DNA of 64,000 nt from Phycisphaeraceae bacterium (GTDB lineage Bacteria > Planctomycetota > Phycisphaerae > Phycisphaerales > Phycisphaeraceae): contig OY771506.1 in assembly GCA_963674705.1 (NCBI GenBank), positions 5,376,001-5,440,000 on the forward strand, read 5' to 3'. The notes under the pieces are model-generated. The model was not told where the DNA came from and did not search any database. It saw nothing but the letters and a program-made list of their open reading frames with translations. Position numbers and translations under genes: made by a program. This document shows, piece after piece, positions 61,604-64,000 of the stretch (position 1 is the first letter of the stretch; each line of letters begins with the position of its first letter).

Positions 61604-62391
61604 TGATCTCCCTCACCACCGACTTCGGCACTCAGGACACTTACGTCGCGCAGATGAAGGGCGTCATCGCAGGCATCGCGCCAAATGTGCAAGTGATCGA
61701 CGCGACACACGACCTGCTGCCGCAGGACCTCTTCGCCGGCGCGCTAGCGCTCGATACCCTTGTCGATGCTTTCCCGGATGGCACGATCCACGTCGCGGTC
61801 ATCGACCCCGGCGTCGGTTCGGACCGCGCGGCTGTCGCAGTCAAGACAGAATCGTTCATGCTCATCGGCCCTGACAACGGCCTGTTCACACTCGTGCTCG
61901 ATCGTTACCCGCCCACCGCGATCGTCCGCCTGACCAATCCCGACTACCACCGCATCCCTGTAAGCCAAACATTCCATGGCCGTGACATCTTCGCACCCGC
62001 TGCTGCACATCTCGCAAATGGCGTCAACTTTAAATCCCTTGGCGAACCCGCCACCACACTCGTCAACCTCAACATCCCGATTCCCGAAATAGCCGGCAAC
62101 AGCCTGACCGCTCGCATCCTCTACATCGACCGCTTCGGCAACCTCATCACCAACCTCCGACGCGAAGACTACGAAACCTGGCTATCACAAACCAACAAAA
62201 CCAACATCATCTCACGCATCAAAAAGCACAAACTCGGCCCGCTGCGCAGTACCTTCGCCGATGTCGAGCAAGGCGAGCCGCTCATCTACTTCGGCAGCTC
62301 AGATCGGCTCGAAGTCGCCATCCGTAACGGCTCCGCAGCAGCCGCCTTCAAAGTAAATACAGGTACACGCCTCTTCCTCGAAGCCAACTAA
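61603..62391 (+). CDS. SAM-dependent chlorinase/fluorinase-family (DUF62) protein, probable SAM hydrolase
   Basis: LTTDFG, VIDPGVGSDR, GPDNG, TFHGRDIFAP, IDRFGNLITN; Asp-Arg-His triad present. Confidence 0.9.
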   Translation: MISLTTDFGTQDTYVAQMKGVIAGIAPNVQVIDATHDLLPQDLFAGALALDTLVDAFPDGTIHVAVIDPGVGSDRAAVAVKTESFMLIGPDNGLFTLVLDRYPPTAIVRLTNPDYHRIPVSQTFHGRDIFAPAAAHLANGVNFKSLGEPATTLVNLNIPIPEIAGNSLTARILYIDRFGNLITNLRREDYETWLSQTNKTNIISRIKKHKLGPLRSTFADVEQGEPLIYFGSSDRLEVAIRNGSAAAAFKVNTGTRLFLEAN

Positions 62392-62424
62392 GACACGCCC
62401 CCCTTTCCGGCTTAAACTATCCCC

Positions 62425-63309
62425 GTGAAGCTCAGCATCATCACACCCGCATTCAACGCGCAAGCAACCTTGCAACGAACACTCCAATCGCTGCGCGTTA
62501 TCAACGAATCACATCGCGCCTCATCCGTCCAGGCGATCCTCGTCGACGACGGCTCAACCGATCAGACTCACGCCATCGCCCAAAACCTCCTGCCCCAACT
62601 CGGCCTCGCTTCATACGAAATCATCCAACAACAAAACGCAGGCAGCGCCGCCTCGCGCAACCGTGCACTCGAAGCTGCCGCAGGCGATTGGGTTTACTTA
62701 CTCGATGCAGACGACGAACTAATCAGCGATCCGCTCCCCCTGCTGGAAAAACACAAAGACCGCTCGCTCATCGCCTGCTCGATCCGCTTTGTTAAAAACG
62801 ACAAACCCGCCTCACACAAACAACCCAGACTCATCAAGCCCGGCAAACATCTGCACGCGCTCTCTGCCGAGAATCCCTACTGCCCCGCATCGCTTCTGCT
62901 TAAACGTGACCGCATCGACATCATCTTCAAAACCCAATACAAGGGCCGTGAAGACTGGGCCTTCCTCATGGATAACCCGCGCCTCTTTGAGTCCATGACC
63001 GTCGCGCCGAAAAACTTCGAACTCGCGCACGTCCATATCCACGGCCAGAACAAATCCTCCCGCTACGAATGGCAGGGCCAGTACCGCGCTCAGATCGCGC
63101 GCGACATGCTCGACAAACTCGATGCATCCACCCCTGCCATCATCAAAAACAACTTCCGCATCCAGGAAGCAATCGGCCTGATCCAGCAACGCAAACCCGC
63201 CGGTTTATCCAAGCGCGTTCGACTGCCCGCCAATCCCACGCTCCTGCTCAAGCTCATCATCTGGAAACTATCCGCCGGCAACATCGGCTGGATCGATCAC
63301 TACGGCTAA
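62425..63309 (+). CDS. Glycosyltransferase family 2
   Basis: LSIITPAFN, LVDDGSTD, NAGSAASRN, LLDADD, EDW. Confidence 0.9.
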   Translation: MKLSIITPAFNAQATLQRTLQSLRVINESHRASSVQAILVDDGSTDQTHAIAQNLLPQLGLASYEIIQQQNAGSAASRNRALEAAAGDWVYLLDADDELISDPLPLLEKHKDRSLIACSIRFVKNDKPASHKQPRLIKPGKHLHALSAENPYCPASLLLKRDRIDIIFKTQYKGREDWAFLMDNPRLFESMTVAPKNFELAHVHIHGQNKSSRYEWQGQYRAQIARDMLDKLDASTPAIIKNNFRIQEAIGLIQQRKPAGLSKRVRLPANPTLLLKLIIWKLSAGNIGWIDHYG

Positions 63310-64000
63310 ACCGCCCCATCCTCGCGCGGTGCAGGCAGCGGCTGCGCTCCTTTCACCATCCGCAATAAATACACCCCGTTAATCGGCAACCCGATCAACG
63401 CAATCACAAACGAAAGTGCAATCGGCACCCCCGCCGCGTCGTATTCACCACACAACCACACCGCCAGCGGGATCGCTACCCCGATCATCAACGCGCCGCT
63501 GACCACCTGCACACCTAATTGCCCTGTCCCCTTCAATGGATTCGTCACCCATAGCAGCAGGCCGTACAACCCGATGAATACCACCATCCATATTTTCAGT
63601 AGCGCAGTCGGCAGCGCCACCTCTCCCAGCCATAGTGCGATGAACCAATCCCCGATCGCGAATATCCCCGCCGCCGTCACCACCCATACCAGCACTGTCT
63701 TGAATAAAGACCACCGCAGCGCCCTTCCGAACCACGCCCGGTCGTCATGCGCCGCCGCATCACCAAACGCAGGCCAGTACGCAAAACCGAACGCTAAAAA
63801 CACCGCAAGCGCCAATCCAATCAGCCTGAACATCGCCGAGTAAGGTGTCACCGCCTCCGCGCCCAGACACCGCGCGATGATCACCGCTCCGCTCTGCAAT
63901 AATCCCATCGCCAGCAACTGCATCGCAAAGAACCGCACGCCAACGCTCAATAATCCCGCCGCTTCCTTACGGTCCCACTTCCCAAGCGTTAACGCATCCC
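63306..64000 (-). CDS. Oligosaccharide flippase/MATE-like membrane protein (5' end outside the window)
   Basis: Frame open to the window edge; multi-TM with IIARCLGAEAVTPYS and YWPAFGDA motifs. Confidence 0.7.
   Translation of the reverse strand, partial: DALTLGKWDRKEAAGLLSVGVRFFAMQLLAMGLLQSGAVIIARCLGAEAVTPYSAMFRLIGLALAVFLAFGFAYWPAFGDAAAHDDRAWFGRALRWSLFKTVLVWVVTAAGIFAIGDWFIALWLGEVALPTALLKIWMVVFIGLYGLLLWVTNPLKGTGQLGVQVVSGALMIGVAIPLAVWLCGEYDAAGVPIALSFVIALIGLPINGVYLLRMVKGAQPLPAPREDGAV

Noticed and set aside
61603..62391. Possible SAM-dependent halogenase
   Set aside because: The Asp-Arg-His triad (DPGVGSDR, TFHGRD) marks DUF62 SAM hydrolases, and there is no biosynthetic context.

Overview
GC-rich bacterial chromosome segment, most likely Planctomycetota/Phycisphaerae. 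That placement is inferred from PEP-CTERM proteins with dockerin-like GDxxGDGFVGLxDLD repeats, several prepilin/H-X9-DG (DUF1559-like) genes and an ECF sigma factor with a membrane extension. Layout: (1) 1-15.7 kb is a putative beta-1,3-glucan utilisation locus without SusC/D. It has a sugar ABC binding protein, two LacI paralogues lacking the hinge motif, a frameshifted GH2-TIM/GH158-like gene, three PEP-CTERM proteins (two with a CBM-like domain inserted inside the dockerin pair), three prepilin-like genes, two GH16 and one GH17. (2) An ECF sigma/anti-sigma pair and housekeeping genes (purB, nadA, lptB, rluB-like, pdxH). (3) A reductive pyrimidine-degradation cluster with a plant-PYD1-like dehydrogenase, no preT, and an HUH/RAYT-like gene with its own REPs between its convergent halves. 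(4) An RND efflux operon. (5) A DUF3467 / GAF-HlyD / RRE-M50-HlyD / truncated SecA operon, a putative non-canonical secretion system. (6) pilT-like, rpsA, purQ, a second unrelated RAYT-like gene with seven REP copies, recR, rpoN, a DUF62 SAM hydrolase, a GT2 and a partial flippase. Several dispersed short-repeat families occur in intergenic spaces. No rRNA, tRNA or CRISPR array was recognised. All family calls come from motif recognition by eye; no database search was run.
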